Source: Tubiluchus corallicola (lineage: Eukaryota > Animalia > Priapulida). From it: 64,000 bases of DNA. The notes below the pieces were generated by a model. It was not told the DNA's origin, ran no database searches, and saw only the letters and a list, made by a program, of their open reading frames with translations. The translations under genes and the position numbers were made by a program. Below, piece after piece: positions 1 to 12,353 of this stretch (position 1 is its first letter; every line of letters starts with the position of its first letter). The stretch covers positions 62,001 through 126,000 of the forward strand of contig JAQGDQ010000373.1 in assembly GCA_030141605.1 (NCBI GenBank). Reading direction: 5' to 3'.

Positions 1-471
1 CCTCGGGCCAGCAGTGTATGTCCATATTAAGCGGCTGTCCATATTAAGCGAAGTGACCCATGAAGACCCTTCCCCTTCATTAAAAAAGGCAAAAAACTGT
101 CTGTATCAACTCGTCTCCTGTTTTATTGAAAAAAAGAAGTCAGACGAGTTTGTTTGGCAGGAAACTTTTCTCTCAACCTTGAACGGAAGGAAGTTATCAC
201 AGTTTCGAAGCTCTCAAGGCCACGGCAAACGGCGAACTGACTGATGCAATGACTCACACAGGCAGCAGAGCGGGAAGCTCTTTTCAATCACGCGCGCAGG
301 CCGTGGTTGGCACGGCTGGTTCACGTGCCAAGAATGTTCGCTGTCCATATTAAGCGGCGGTTGTCCATATTAACCGGCGGATTTTATTAGGGGAAAATTC
401 CGTCCCTCGCGAGTTGTCCACAATAACCGGCTGTCCACAATAACCGTGTCCATAATAAGCGGCGGCCACTG
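1..471. mobile_element. Right part of a Tc1/mariner-pogo-type MITE, truncated by the window edge
   Basis: Repeated subterminal motifs (gtccatattaagcg / gtccacaataaccg), ending ...cggccactg followed by TA. Confidence 0.6.
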
Positions 472-611
472 TATATGTATAAATAAATATAATAAATATA
501 TTAATATAGCCAAATATGTTTGTTCCAAAGTGTTAGTACCAAAATAGTAATGGATACATTGTTATCTAGCTGCATATTTGACAATATATTATCGTTGTTC
601 TCTATTATTAG

Positions 612-767
612 TTAAAAGGGTGTTTACCCTCGGAAGTCCGCCCTGAAGTGGATCGAATGATTGAGTTGCTGGGCCTTGCGGAGAAAAAGTACGCCCTCTG
701 TCAGACTCTCTCTGGTGGTCAGAAGCGGAAGGTTTCTGTGGGCATTGCACTTGTTGGAGGATCTAAG
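612..767 (+). CDS. ABCA3: ABCA-family transporter exon (NBD1 signature)
   Basis: AG/GT-bounded; translates LKGCLPSEV...TLSGGQKRKVSVGIALVGGSK; the gene starts upstream of the window. Confidence 0.9.
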
Positions 768-875
768 GTACAGTAGTTTCTAAACCCAGTTACTAAACAA
801 TAAAATGCATTAAAAAAATTATTGAATTTTGATTATTAATTATACTTGATAAACTATTTGGAATGATAGTGTCTG

Positions 876-995
876 CGCTGGACTTGGATTCGAGACCTTT
901 GGATTACAAGTCAACCAAAGTTACCCCATAGCCATGTCTTGGCATAGAGCTTGTCATCCAGAGGTTCCTGGTTCGACTCCAGGGTTGGTCATGTT
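876..995. mobile_element. Inverted pair of tRNA-derived SINE-like heads
   Basis: gcttgtcatccagaggttcctggttcgactccag (B-box GGTTCGACTCC) faces a degenerate reverse-complement copy at about 878-914; a related sequence lies at about 46490-46560 on -. Confidence 0.45.
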
Positions 996-1094
996 TTTTG
1001 GTATTTTCTCTTTTTTATTCAAGTTTGGTTTAAAGAATACGATAACCTGGATTTTTCATTGTACAATTATTTTTTATCTTAAGATTGCAAATAA

Positions 1095-1435
1095 TTATGT
1101 TGGAAAAATAATCACCATTAACAGATATTTTTCCAAACATATTTTTCAGCGATTCCTGTTCAAATAAAATCTTGCTGTGGCAGGCTCCCTGTTTCAGTTT
1201 CTATTCCAATCAAAAGTAATGATTGGATTAAGAAAGTTTGTTTAATGTGATTAGTGTAATTTCGTTAGCACTACTGCAACTGTGCCGACGCATTATATAT
1301 CAGTATATGTATGAATATGTGTACTGGTAATGCAGTTTGTGCTTATCTTGGTCATGGAAAATCAATATTTGATCAGGGAAAAGCCAGGGAAAGTAATTTT
1401 AAAATTCTGTCAGGGAAAATTCTGTGGGAACCCTG
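1095..1435 (+). mobile_element. Partial copy of CAGGGTTCCCA-TIR non-autonomous DNA transposon
   Basis: Similar to 11791-12189; ends tgtgggaaccctg. Confidence 0.65.
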
Positions 1436-1522
1436 TAAAAGCATATAAATGTACGTGGAATTTGTTGTTTGGTACGATTAAGAAAAAATCTTCTTCATAT
1501 TACCATTCTTTAAATTTTTAAG

Positions 1523-1733
1523 GTAGTTATACTCGATGAACCAACATCGGGAATGGATCCGGTAGCTCGCAGACACACGTGGGACCTCTTGCAAAAGGAG
1601 AGAGTCAACCGAACGATTCTTCTCTCCACGCATTTCATGGACGAAGCGGATTTGTTGGGAGACCGGATAGCTATCCTTGCAACCGGAACTCTACAATGTT
1701 GCGGAACCTCACTTTTTCTTAAGAAACTTTACG
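1523..1733 (+). CDS. ABCA3: ABCA exon (NBD1 Walker B, D-loop, H-loop)
   Basis: [23 protein letters not shown]...[18 protein letters not shown]...FLKKLYG; AG/GT-bounded. Confidence 0.95.
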
Positions 1734-2571
1734 GTAGGCTGATTTTTGGGTAATCAATAACGCGTGAACCTCCTACATAGTGTTCGTTTACTGTTATTTT
1801 CCTTTTCACTGTGTTTCACTACGGAAGCCGGCAAGCTACCACCCAAGCTCAACATTAAGCTCAGTCACCCAGGCCTGTCTGTCTTATTATCATAGCTTTT
1901 TTGTATCATGAACGTGTATGTTCTAATAATTATGAATAAGCGGCAACACTAGTCGACCATTAATGCCCTGATTTGGTGGTAAATACGATACTTTTTAGTC
2001 TCTAGTACGATAGTCAGCGTCATACAAAATGGCCAATGGCCACCTTGGCCGAGAATTTAACCATAGAAAAACATGGCTGCCTCCTCTCCAAGGCAGCGAA
2101 GTTATATCATTTACTGCATTTTACATTCCAAATTAAAAAATACACTTTAATATAATTGCGCCAGGTAAGTATATGAGCATCGAAAAAAAATTCCCGGCTG
2201 GTTTTACGATTACCCGGGCGATTAGACGGAAACAGAAGTATTTTTATTGTTGGCCCGATGGAAATCTTTTTAGGAGAGACTACCTCATTGAGTAGCCCAC
2301 TTTGTCCTCTTTCCAGAAAGCTATAAAATAAACTCCGAGACCACTATGGCACGCAGTGCAAATGTTTTTTGTACATGGGGTGTTCGCTCTAAATTTCAAA
2401 AAAATCAGGTGGGTGTGATTGGGATAATGCGTTCTTGGTCTCACGAAATCTAGTTATCCCCCTCGGTTGAACGTGCTGTCAACCCTGCTCAACCCAACTG
2501 GATTCCAGTCAGTTATGTTATTAAAAACCAGTTAACTGAGACAAAATCAAGACCAAGACTAAGACTAACTT

Positions 2572-2871
2572 GGCACGTTCAAACTAGCGATTTCTATCGC
2601 GAGTTTTCTCTCTGTCATCAAAGTTGCAAGTGTGAACTGCTTTGCGAGTTACTGTCAGCAAGTTATTGCAAGCTGCCCGAATCAGTTGCGGCGAATTGAT
2701 TTTCTGTGAGTTACTGTCTAGTGTGAACGCCTGGGTGAGTTACTCTCCACACTTCTCGTAATGAATAGAGACATGAGTGCCAGCTTGTGCTTACTGTCAG
2801 AGAGTAACTCTGACAGTAAGAGTTACTTAACGAGTTAACTTGCCATGAAAACTCCCTAGTGTGAAAGTGCC
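2572..2871. mobile_element. MITE with GGCAC(G/T)TTCA(A/C)ACTAG inverted ends (possibly PIF/Harbinger-like)
   Basis: ggcacgttcaaactag ... ctagtgtgaaagtgcc. Confidence 0.45.
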
Positions 2872-3106
2872 GTAATACATTGACTTTTATAAGCAAAACA
2901 ACACTAACACCAAAGCCTACAATCAAGAGACCACATCATTCTAGACTAGACCAAGAATTTTTTGAGAGACAATTTCTTTCAGAGAAAGCAGCTTTAAGCC
3001 TGTTAAACTTGCCTTAAAAATATTTTTGCATCAATTTTGTAGACATTTTTTTGTATACAATATAGCAAATAATATGAATAATTAACAGAACAAGAATTCC
3101 GCCCAG

Positions 3107-3630
3107 CACAAAAAAGATACAATAATAAAATTACAGATGAAACTACGTGTGTCAGTAAAATAAAAGGTACAAAGAATGTGAAGAAACTGAGTTAAAACGA
3201 AAAGTAAAATTACCAATTAAGAAAACAAAACGAAAATTAAACTGACAAACATGCCTTACACCAATTAGATATAACTAAGATGTTGAAAGATAACCAAAGA
3301 TCTGTCTATTGACATTATAAACATTTAGAGTAAGTAACTACTTGTGGTGTACAGTCGGAAAGAGGTGACTAGAGATAACAGTTTGTGGTGTGTTATATCT
3401 AGTTGATGTCAAGTATGTTTGTTAGTTTAATTTTCATTTTGTTTTCCTAATTAGTAATTTTATTCTTTTAATTTAGTTTTTATAATTCAGCCTCTTTGTA
3501 CCCTTTTTTACTGACATTGTACATCTTTATTTTATATGTAGTTTCATGTGTAATTTTTTATTATTGTATCTTTGTGTGCAGCTCGTGGAGTCCAAGAGGA
3601 CGAAAGCTTCTGAGGAGAAAAAATAAAGAG
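3107..3630. mobile_element. Inverted-repeat remnant resembling Penelope-like termini, with a degenerate hammerhead
   Basis: 3107-3252 is an imperfect reverse complement of 3413-3578; the right arm continues into GTCC-aaga-GGAC-GAAA-GCTT and AATAAA. Confidence 0.45.
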
Positions 3631-4376
3631 ATTTTTGGCGATTTTAATTTCTTCTATTACAATTATGACAATGGCAAATCTCAGAAGAGCACTCTCTTAT
3701 TTTCAAGAAGTCATTTTTGTTCAGTACGTCGTGTGGTTTAGTTTTATTATTTTGTCAGTCGAGTTCTCATTAGCAAGTTAGTAAGATGCGGCAAAGATGT
3801 AAATTTGATTTCTTCATATTTTTCCGTATTATTATTCATTATCATTATACCAATTAAATAATATTTCGACGTTGGATTAGCCGGAGCTGTTTTCGTTTGC
3901 TTCAGATAAAATGAAGTCGAGTCGCGCATAATATGTCTGTCAGTTAGTCAGTTAGTCAAGTCTGTCATGATGTGATAGTGATTTTGAAATATGACGACGA
4001 TTGGCCATTTTGGACAATAAAAAGTCATAAATCACATCTAAAAGACTGTTGGACTTGTATTTAGTGCATGTCGTGCACCAGCGTCTTAGTAAACAGTGTT
4101 GTCAATTCAAAAATTATGTGGAATGTCAGCTATCATGCACTGGAGGTCGAAACCCTTGACCTAGTTGGTAGATTAAGATTGTTCACAAATGCAAAGCCAA
4201 ATTCGATTGGCTATATTTAAATGGATTAGATATATTTAAATGTAAACTGAAATGTGGTAGTAGATAGGATTGTGCCGCTGTTGGTCTAGTTGACCACGTG
4301 CTTTATTTGCTATTACTGCTGTTAACTTTACGAACTTGACTGACTGTCAGCGACTAATCAGAGGCTTATTTTGCAG

Positions 4377-4626
4377 GTGCTGGCTATCACATGACAATCG
4401 TCAAACGCGCAAAGTGCGACTATCGCAAACTCGTGGGCGTCGTTCAATCTAGAATTCCGACCGCGTCCGTGGAGAGCAATATCGGAGCAGAGTTAGCATT
4501 CGTCCTTCCCCGGGAATCTATCAACCAGTTTCCGGATTTATTCGAGCAGCTGGACACGAGGGCTCACGAGCTGGGTGTCAGCTGTTACGGCGTCTCGGTG
4601 ACTACGTTGGAAGAAGTGTTCCTCAG
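4377..4626 (+). CDS. ABCA3: ABCA exon (regulatory domain R1)
   Basis: GAGYHMTIVK...SNIGAELAFVLP...YGVSVTTLEEVFLR. Confidence 0.95.
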
Positions 4627-4642
4627 GTAACAGCACATTGAT

Positions 4643-5060
4643 TTAAAGCACAAGAAAAGGGGTGCCTGACGTAGGTTTCAGAAAAATCACCTTAAAAAAT
4701 TCTATTATTGTGTAGCAATTTTATGCATATATGATACTCGTGTTAAAATGAATTTTTGTTTGTTTTCATTTAAAATCTCCCGCAATACTGTTCCGACGAG
4801 GCTATTACATGACATCACTACACAACGTAATTCATGAGAAGAAAAGTGCATGTTAAACTGTGTCCAAAAAGGCTCTCCATGCAAAGTTACATTACTTAGC
4901 GTTTCGCTTGCGTGCTTGAAACACTTAATGTAACTAGAAAAGAAAATTTTTCATTATTTATAATGCTTTCACCAATTGATAAAATATCGCTGACTTACCT
5001 CCAGGGTGCACCACTCATTAACGGAAAACGTATTTTTAATCTTATTGACAATCATAACAA
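4643..5060 (+). mobile_element. Dispersed repeat family (TTAA-flanked start, Kolobok-like), copy 1
   Basis: ttaaagcacaagaaaaggggtgcctgacgtaggtttcagaaaaatcacc recurs at about 41990 and 54803; part of the family recurs inverted at about 60600-61030. Confidence 0.6.
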
Positions 5061-5553
5061 TCTTATCGAATTTAACGTAATTGCTGCTTAGTGAGAGGAG
5101 CTTTCTGTAAACCCGTGCAAAATGTAGCAAACGCTTACGGTCCTCTTCTTTGCTTACCTTTGCCAAATCTTTCTCAGCTTTGTAAGCTGAAATTGTCAAG
5201 TGTAGAAATGTAAAATTTCATAATTTGAATAAATATGTTATCAGCATATGACCATGGACATTAAACTAACGTACAAATTAAAACTTTGTCGTTTTTGTCG
5301 CTTTTCAAAAAGATTTTTTAAAACGGAATCTGGCATTAAGCCAAGCAAGGCCTACTTAATGATTTGGTTGATTGTGGCACGATAGAAGTGGCTCATTTTC
5401 AAAGCTATCCCTGTAAAATGAGCCGCTGAACGAGTCGTTGTTACTTTCGGAGTACATCCCCTATGAAAACATACAGGCAATCAATTCACCCAAAGCAAGT
5501 GCAGAACTCGCTTGTGAGCTTATCCACTCGGCTTTGAACCCTACTTAAGTTAA

Positions 5554-5684
5554 CCCTTTCGCTATGAAAGGCAGCACACTGCCGTCTATGTTTTTCATGC
5601 AAGGGATGGAAGGCGGTAGACTGCCGCCTGAGCTCAGCACTAAGCGCTGTGTGTGTGTGTGTGCTTGTGTGTGTGTGTGTGTGT

Positions 5685-5743
<59 letters not shown>

Positions 5744-5983
5744 CGTTCGTGCGTGCATGCCTGCGCGTGAGTGCATGTATGTGTGCTCATGTGTGTATGT
5801 GTGCTGCCTGCTCGTGTGTGTGTGCATGTGTAAAAATAAAACTAGTATTTAATATTAATACTCAGTAACGAACAACTATTTGTTTATTTACAAGATTCTG
5901 TTTTAGTAACACACCACAAGAAGTTATTGTCAATGTGCAAAAGTCAATATGGCCCAGGAAAAAGCAACAACGTAGTGAAAGGG
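5554..5983. mobile_element. piggyBac-like MITE containing an expanded (TG)n microsatellite
   Basis: TTAA|CCCTTTC ... GAAAGGG|TTTAA; homologous to 31659-32243 and 43113-43702. Confidence 0.75.
5648..5830. repeat. (TG)n microsatellite
   Basis: Direct observation. Confidence 0.95.
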
Positions 5984-6019
5984 TTTAACAGAAAAAGAAA
6001 GTTTGTCCTTGTTTTGCAG

Positions 6020-6135
6020 AGTAGAAGAAAGTGCTGATGTGTACTTGAAACAACGCATGTCTGAAGACACGGTAGATACCGAAGGGCCCTCCAAGACAAG
6101 TCTTGGACCGAGCACCACGCTTAGCATAATAACTG
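6020..6135 (+). CDS. ABCA3: ABCA exon (R1-TMD2 linker)
   Basis: ttttgcag|A GTA GAA ... ACT G|gtgat; reads RVEESADVYLKQRMSEDT...; phases 2/1 match the neighbouring exons. Confidence 0.8.
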
Positions 6136-6229
6136 GTGATTTTATCCTTTGCTTTTTAGATTATTCTCGTCTTTGAGAAATTTTCTCGCTTCATCTGCAG
6201 ACTAAATTTACTCTGTATGAGGTTTATAC

Positions 6230-6690
6230 AGTCAGGGAAAATCCTTGAAAATACAGGCTATCCTGGAAAGTCAGGGGAAAAGGTAATTTGGTAAAATGTA
6301 AGATAAAATTATGAAAATTGGGCAAAAAAAGTTAGGGTAAAAAAGTTAGGGTAATCGGAAAGGGTTGCAAAAATAAGCAACTGATATTTTGCAAACATAG
6401 TTTTCAACGAATCGGTTTCAAATAAAATTTTGCTATGACAGGCTCCCAGCTTCGATTTCTGTTCCAAAAATAATGATTGGATTAAGAAAGTTTGTTTAAT
6501 GTGATTAGTGCAATTTCGTTAGAACTACTGCAACTGTGCTGACACATTATATATCAGTATATGTATGATGTTTGTATCTGTATACTGGTAATACAATTAT
6601 TGCTTATCTTGGTCATGGAAAATCAATATTTGGTCAGGGAAAAGTCGTGGAAAAGTCGGAAATTTTTTTTAAAATTCTGTGAGACCCGTG
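6230..6690 (+). mobile_element. Degenerate copy of CAGGGTTCCCA-TIR element
   Basis: Shares gtcagggaaaatccttgaaaatacaggctatcctggaaag and the internal sequence of 11791-12189. Confidence 0.65.
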
Positions 6691-6898
6691 GGTTGAGACC
6701 TCACTCATTGTCAAGGCCATGCCACTAGGATGAGTTACTGAACTGGCAACAGTGTCTAAGCAATGCTTGGTCGTATGTACATCCTCTGTCTTTGAGGTAA
6801 AGTGCCAGAATCAGCACGGCGAATGGACCACTCGCAGTTAGAATCAAAGCGGTCCGCATATTCGATTACTGAAGCAGATAAATTGCTTGTTATTCCAG

Positions 6899-7659
6899 GT
6901 GAAATGCCTCTCGTACTGAATAAAGGCTTACGACTTTATGCCCAGCAGTTTTATGCTATGCTCTTAAAGAGGATCCTGTACTCGTATCGTAACTGGTTGG
7001 TTATCACGGCACAGCTTCTAATTCCGTGTCTGTTTACGTGCCTATCTCTCGTTGTAATAAAGACGGTGCCGAGCCCAGATGATTCACCGGCTCTTAAACT
7101 AGATATTAAATATTTTGGCGAAACGCTCGTTCCTGTTTACACCGACTACAAAGACGATGCCTCTGATTTAGGAAGGATGGTGACCGATCTGATCTCAGAT
7201 CAATATTTGAACATTTCTGCGCGCACCGAAGCGAAACTTTTCAAAGTTAACGACTTGGAGAAGTACTCGGATTTGGATAATTACATCATCAAAAACACGG
7301 AAGAGAATCTGGGCAATTTTCGGAAAGCGTGCATCACTGGAGCATGGTTCACTGCACACGAGGACGGCTGTTCGATAATAACCTATTTTAACAATCAGCC
7401 ATGGCACGCAACCGCCATAGCCTTATCCATGGTCGACGACGCCCGATTGAAATTCTACCTAAACAGCTCATATTTCATTGAAACGTCAAATCATCCACTA
7501 CCTAGGACTTTTAACGATAAACTGATGGACACTCTCCAGTACGATTTCGAAGGTTTTGGCATCTCCATAAACCTCATGTTTGGGATGGCGTTTCTTTCCA
7601 GCAGTTTTGTTTTGTTTTTGACAAAAGAACGTTCGACTAAGGCGAAGCATATTCAAATC
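6899..7659 (+). CDS. ABCA3: ABCA exon (TM7, extracellular domain 2, TM8)
   Basis: GLRLYAQQFYAMLLKRILYSYRNW...FNNQPWHATAIAL...SNHPLPRT...KERSTKAKHIQI; ccag|gt acceptor and atc|gtgagt donor. Confidence 0.93.
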
Positions 7660-8084
7660 GTGAGTTTCATAGCACTTGCTTAATCTGGTTGATTAATTAA
7701 ATTTGCTCATTAGTTTACTTAAGGTGAAATTAGTTATATGTTTGGGTTGAACTAGTTGCTTAGATATTCTCGCTGCATACTCGAGTGTCGTTTACTTAGC
7801 ACCGGATGCAGATGCATTTTGGGGCTGCAGAATAGATAAAATTGGTTTATATTGTTTTTAATGCATCCGTTTAAGCAGTCTACATATGCGTTATTGTTCT
7901 TTTCTCTAGCTGTTCCTTGTGATTTTTTTCTGCGGCTATTCCACAGCTGTAAACACATCCGCATCCGGATGCTAAGTAAACTCCACTTCAGTGTGTTGAT
8001 GCTGATGGTGTAGCTCGATGGTATTTGCTGAGTGTCTGTAAAAAAGTTGCAAAACAAACTGTAATTCTTTCTCTTTTCTTTTTC

Positions 8085-8745
<661 letters not shown>

Positions 8746-8918
8746 ATTGTGATTAGCTTGCCAAGTTTCAATGTTTTGTCCAGCTTTTTGAGCATGTATT
8801 AACATGTATCATTAATGTTATAATACATGAAACTAGTTACATTAATACTTAAACTGTGCGTCATTGCTTGTTCTGTCTGAAGTTAACTGATCTACATTTT
8901 TTGCATGTTTTTTCGTAG

Positions 8919-9183
8919 ATCAGTGGTGTCTATCCGTTTAACTTTTGGCTCTCCACTTTTGCCTGGGATTTCATCAACTACCTCTTCCCGTTCGCGTTCA
9001 TACTCCTCATATTTGAATCCTTCAACATTCCCGCATACTACGGAGAAGGTCGTCTTGGCTACGTTGCTTTACTTTTGCTAGGTTACCAGTGGTCAATGCT
9101 GCCGTGGGCTTACTTGTGGTCATTTGCTTTTGATGTGCCATCGTTGGCTTTCGCACTTCTAACAAAATTCAACATCTTTTCAG
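8919..9183 (+). CDS. ABCA3: ABCA exon (TMD2 helices)
   Basis: ISGVYPFNFWLSTFAWDFINY...YQWSMLPWAYLWSFAFDVPSLAF...NIFSG; not in the ORF track. Confidence 0.92.
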
Positions 9184-9455
9184 GTAAGACGCAGAATAAT
9201 ACTGGCTTCAATTTGTTTTGCAGTGTAAATGTCTAGTTGCTGGCCTTTTCACTTGATGGCCTATCTTACCTTCCTAATATGGTAGCTGTTTAATTTCTCC
9301 TCTGAAAAGAATGGCGAAATGCTTAATATCTTTGATTTTTAAGCTTGTTTGTTGCACAACATGGCGCATAATTTACGGTCTGGATGTGGTAGCTAATTTT
9401 AAAGATTAGTAAGTCTCACTATTATAACAGCTTGTAGCATCTGTTTGGTTTACAG

Positions 9456-9680
9456 GCATAGTAACTGTTGTATGTGTCGGAGTCTTCATGTACCCCCAGC
9501 TCGATCTGCAGGAACTCGCTGACATATTTGAGTGGATCTTTACAGTGTTTCTACCAAACTTTTGCCTCGGACAGGGCGTGCAAGTCTTGTACAATAACCA
9601 TCAATTAAATGACCTTTGCGGCCAAGAAGCGGTGAAGCGCATTTGTGAGCATACTAACATAACAATGGCTTGCTGCAAAG
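9456..9680 (+). CDS. ABCA3: ABCA exon (TMD2)
   Basis: IFEWIFTVFLPNFCLGQGV...MACCK; tacag|gc acceptor and aag|gtaagt donor. Confidence 0.92.
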
Positions 9681-9879
9681 GTAAGTTATTGATTTTTTTT
9701 ATGTTTAAAATAATTATTTATTTTACGACTGTTTAGTAGAGTAGTTGTTACTTCTGGGTCCTCTATAATGTTTATCTGAATGTAGTGATGAGTGAGCTTA
9801 CAGAGAAAGCATTGCAGCACTGGGGTGACGCCTAAGTGCTTAGTGACAACAGAGTTGCCTACAATGAGTTGAACAACTA

Positions 9880-10322
9880 CCGTATTTTCCCGTGTATAAG
9901 AGACCCCTTCAATTTTTAGGCAAAAATTCTGGAAAAAAGTTTTTTGGTAATGAATAACTTTATTCATCATAGAAATCATTAAATTCCTCATCACTCTCAT
10001 CAAAAATATCAACTGGAGTCAGACCTTCAGCAATTCCAGCCAGTTCATCATCAGAGGAGTCACTCTGCTCAAAAATGGCATTGTCCTCTGTGCCGTCCAT
10101 GGCATTGGAGATGCCACACTTCTTGAAAGATTTAATAATGACCTCTGGCTTTACACCATTCCATGCCTTGAGGCACTTGTAGAGCACTTATTTCTTTAAA
10201 ATCATTAGTGTCACAATTTATGCATCTTATTGAAAAGTCTTACTCCCATGTATAAGAGACCCCCTGTTTTTAAAGTGAAAATTCTGAGCAAAAAAGGGTC
10301 TCTTATACACGGGAAAATACGG
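9880..10322 (-). mobile_element. Internally deleted pogo/Tigger element
   Basis: Perfect TIR ccgtattttcccgtgtataagagaccc, TA on both sides, and a transposase C-terminal fragment AWNGVKPEVIIKSFKKCGISNAMDGTED. Confidence 0.9.
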
Positions 10323-10900
10323 TAATGACGGAGGCACAAAAATGTGGTCACTGATTGTAGTCATAAGTTGACGACTGACTACATTTTGAAATGAGGCATT
10401 TCGCTTCCCACCTGTTTTTGTATCATTAACTTTTATCCAGTTATCAGTTTTTTTCGCTCTCTGTCGGCACAACGTTGTAAGAGTGAATAAATTGGTGCAG
10501 GTAAGGAAGAGGCTTATCATCTACAAGAAATTTGTATTGAAGTCAGTAACATGAGACATTAACGTAGATAAGAAAAAGCAGTGGTCCAAAGGTGGATCCT
10601 AGAGGTACACCATAGTTTGTGTTATGCATTTGGACGGATTATTGCCCAGAAAATTATAATTGTACTAATGTCATTTGCTGTACTGTCTTGTTGAGGGCAT
10701 TTGTCAAATAAGCCTTGGTGTTCCACAGTATGTTTCGTGCACATTTGCACTAGACGAAAAGCTGCGCACATTGACTTCTAAAAAGCTTCTAAAAACACTA
10801 AAAGTAGGAAAGGGCAGTTTTGACCCCTTTGATGGCATCAAATTTTAGACTCTAAAAAGTGATCTTGGCATGGAATTAGATGAAAGGAAATTAGCAGCGC
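10323..10900 (-). mobile_element. Degenerate non-LTR (CR1/L2-like) reverse transcriptase fragment
   Basis: Minus strand near 10575-10612 reads GVPLGSTFGPLLF, similar to the RT motif GVPQGSxLGPLLF; frameshifted and interrupted by the Tigger element. Confidence 0.6.
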
Positions 10901-11351
10901 TGACCTCAGTTAATGAAAATGTTAATTCAGGAAAGAATACAGTTTTGATACAATTTCTGTCCCATTAAACATAAAAAACCTGCTTCCTCATTCCTGCACT
11001 GGAACCATAACCTAGATAATTTTATGAACACTCAGGGTTTTGTTTTAGTGCAGTCTTTTATTTCAAACACCGAGCACTTTAAATAGCATTAACTATGTTA
11101 CTCTTGTTACATAGTAATGTCCATATTTATTGCAACGTTTTTTGTAGATTGTGGTCACCATTGTTCTGCATTTGTCTAGTGTTTCGCTCCCACTATGGGA
11201 GAACATATATCAGTTGTAAAACTATCTGTTTCAAACCTATATGTTACACCTTTAATAAATTATGTTACAAACATCAAGAACAATTTCACAGGTTTGAAAC
11301 CGGCTTAAGGTTATCAACAGTGAAAATTTTGGCTGTAGAGTGCTAGCTGAG

Positions 11352-11471
11352 TGACTGATACGTCACTGATTGATATATCACTGATTGATGTATCACTGAC
11401 TGATATATCACTGATTGATGTATCACTGATTGATATATCACTGATTGATGTATCACTGACTGATACATCAC
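11352..11471. repeat. 15-bp tandem repeat (tgatatatcactgat), about 8 copies
   Basis: Direct observation. Confidence 0.9.
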
Positions 11472-11479
11472 CATTTCAG

Positions 11480-11676
11480 ATCGCTGTGGAGACTTTTGTG
11501 TCAAGTATTCCGACAATTATCTGGCATTTGAAAAACCAGGACTGGGGCGAATGCTCGTGTTTATGGCCATACAAGGAACCATTCACTTTATACTTGTATT
11601 TTTTGCTGAGACAAGACCTGTCAGACGAGTGTACTATGCCTATAAGACTCAGAACTTCTATCAATTCCTCGTACCG
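11480..11676 (+). CDS. ABCA3: ABCA exon (TM12)
   Basis: DRCGDFCVKYSDNYLAFEKPGLGRMLVFMAIQGTIHFILVFFAET; the donor could be at 11671 or 11677 (same phase). Confidence 0.88.
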
Positions 11677-11790
11677 GTATTCGTCTCCTTTTTTGCATTT
11701 TCCTTTTCCTTTTCTTTCAGTCTTCTGTTTATTATTGTGTAGTTTACTATATTGTTTCTTTTATTCTAATTATTTAATGCCTGAGGACGA

Positions 11791-12189
11791 CAGGGTTCCC
11801 ATGGTCAGGGAAAATCCAGGAAAATCCTTGAAAATACAGGCTATCATGGAAAGTCATGGAAGAGTCAGGGAAAAAGATAATTTGGTAAGAAGTCGGGGAA
11901 AATGCCGGAAATGGGGTGAAAAGTCAGGGAAATTGGAAAGGGTTGTAAAAATGATCACCGTGAACTGATGTTTATCCAAACACATTTTTTAGCGATTCGT
12001 GTTCAAATAAAATTTTGCTACGACAGGCTCCCAGTTTCGATTTCTGTTCCAAAAATAATGATTGGCCGACACATTATATATCGTTATGAATGAATGTCCA
12101 TACAAAAAAAATGTTTGAATATTTCTGCAATCAATATTTGGTCGGAAGAAATTCCGGGAAATTTATTTTAAAATGCTGTGGGAACCCTG
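11791..12189 (+). mobile_element. Non-autonomous DNA transposon with CAGGGTTCCCA TIRs
   Basis: cagggttccca ... tgggaaccctg; four same-orientation copies in ABCA introns. Confidence 0.8.
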
Positions 12190-12353
12190 AGACGAACGCG
12201 CAAAGCAGTCAAAAGTTTGCCTTAATAAATTAAACATATTTTAGATGTTCTCGCTATTCAGAAGTTTCTTTCTTTTAAACACTATGATTCGCTGTTATTA
12301 AACGCTATTCGTATTTGCAGCTTTCATTGCTTGGATTTATTACTTATTTATAG

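Noticed and set aside
934-990. Functional tRNA gene
   Set aside because: A B-box is present but no acceptor stem or D arm could be paired; treated as SINE-like
5486-5868. HT/CV repeat ORFs
   Set aside because: Artefacts of (TG)n inside a MITE
6802-6898. First 32 codons of the 293-aa ORF as ABCA coding sequence
   Set aside because: The best acceptor (ttattccag) is at 6898 and its phase matches the upstream exon
11351-11968. 205-aa ORF as a separate gene
   Set aside because: It strings together a tandem repeat, an off-frame ABCA exon and a MITE
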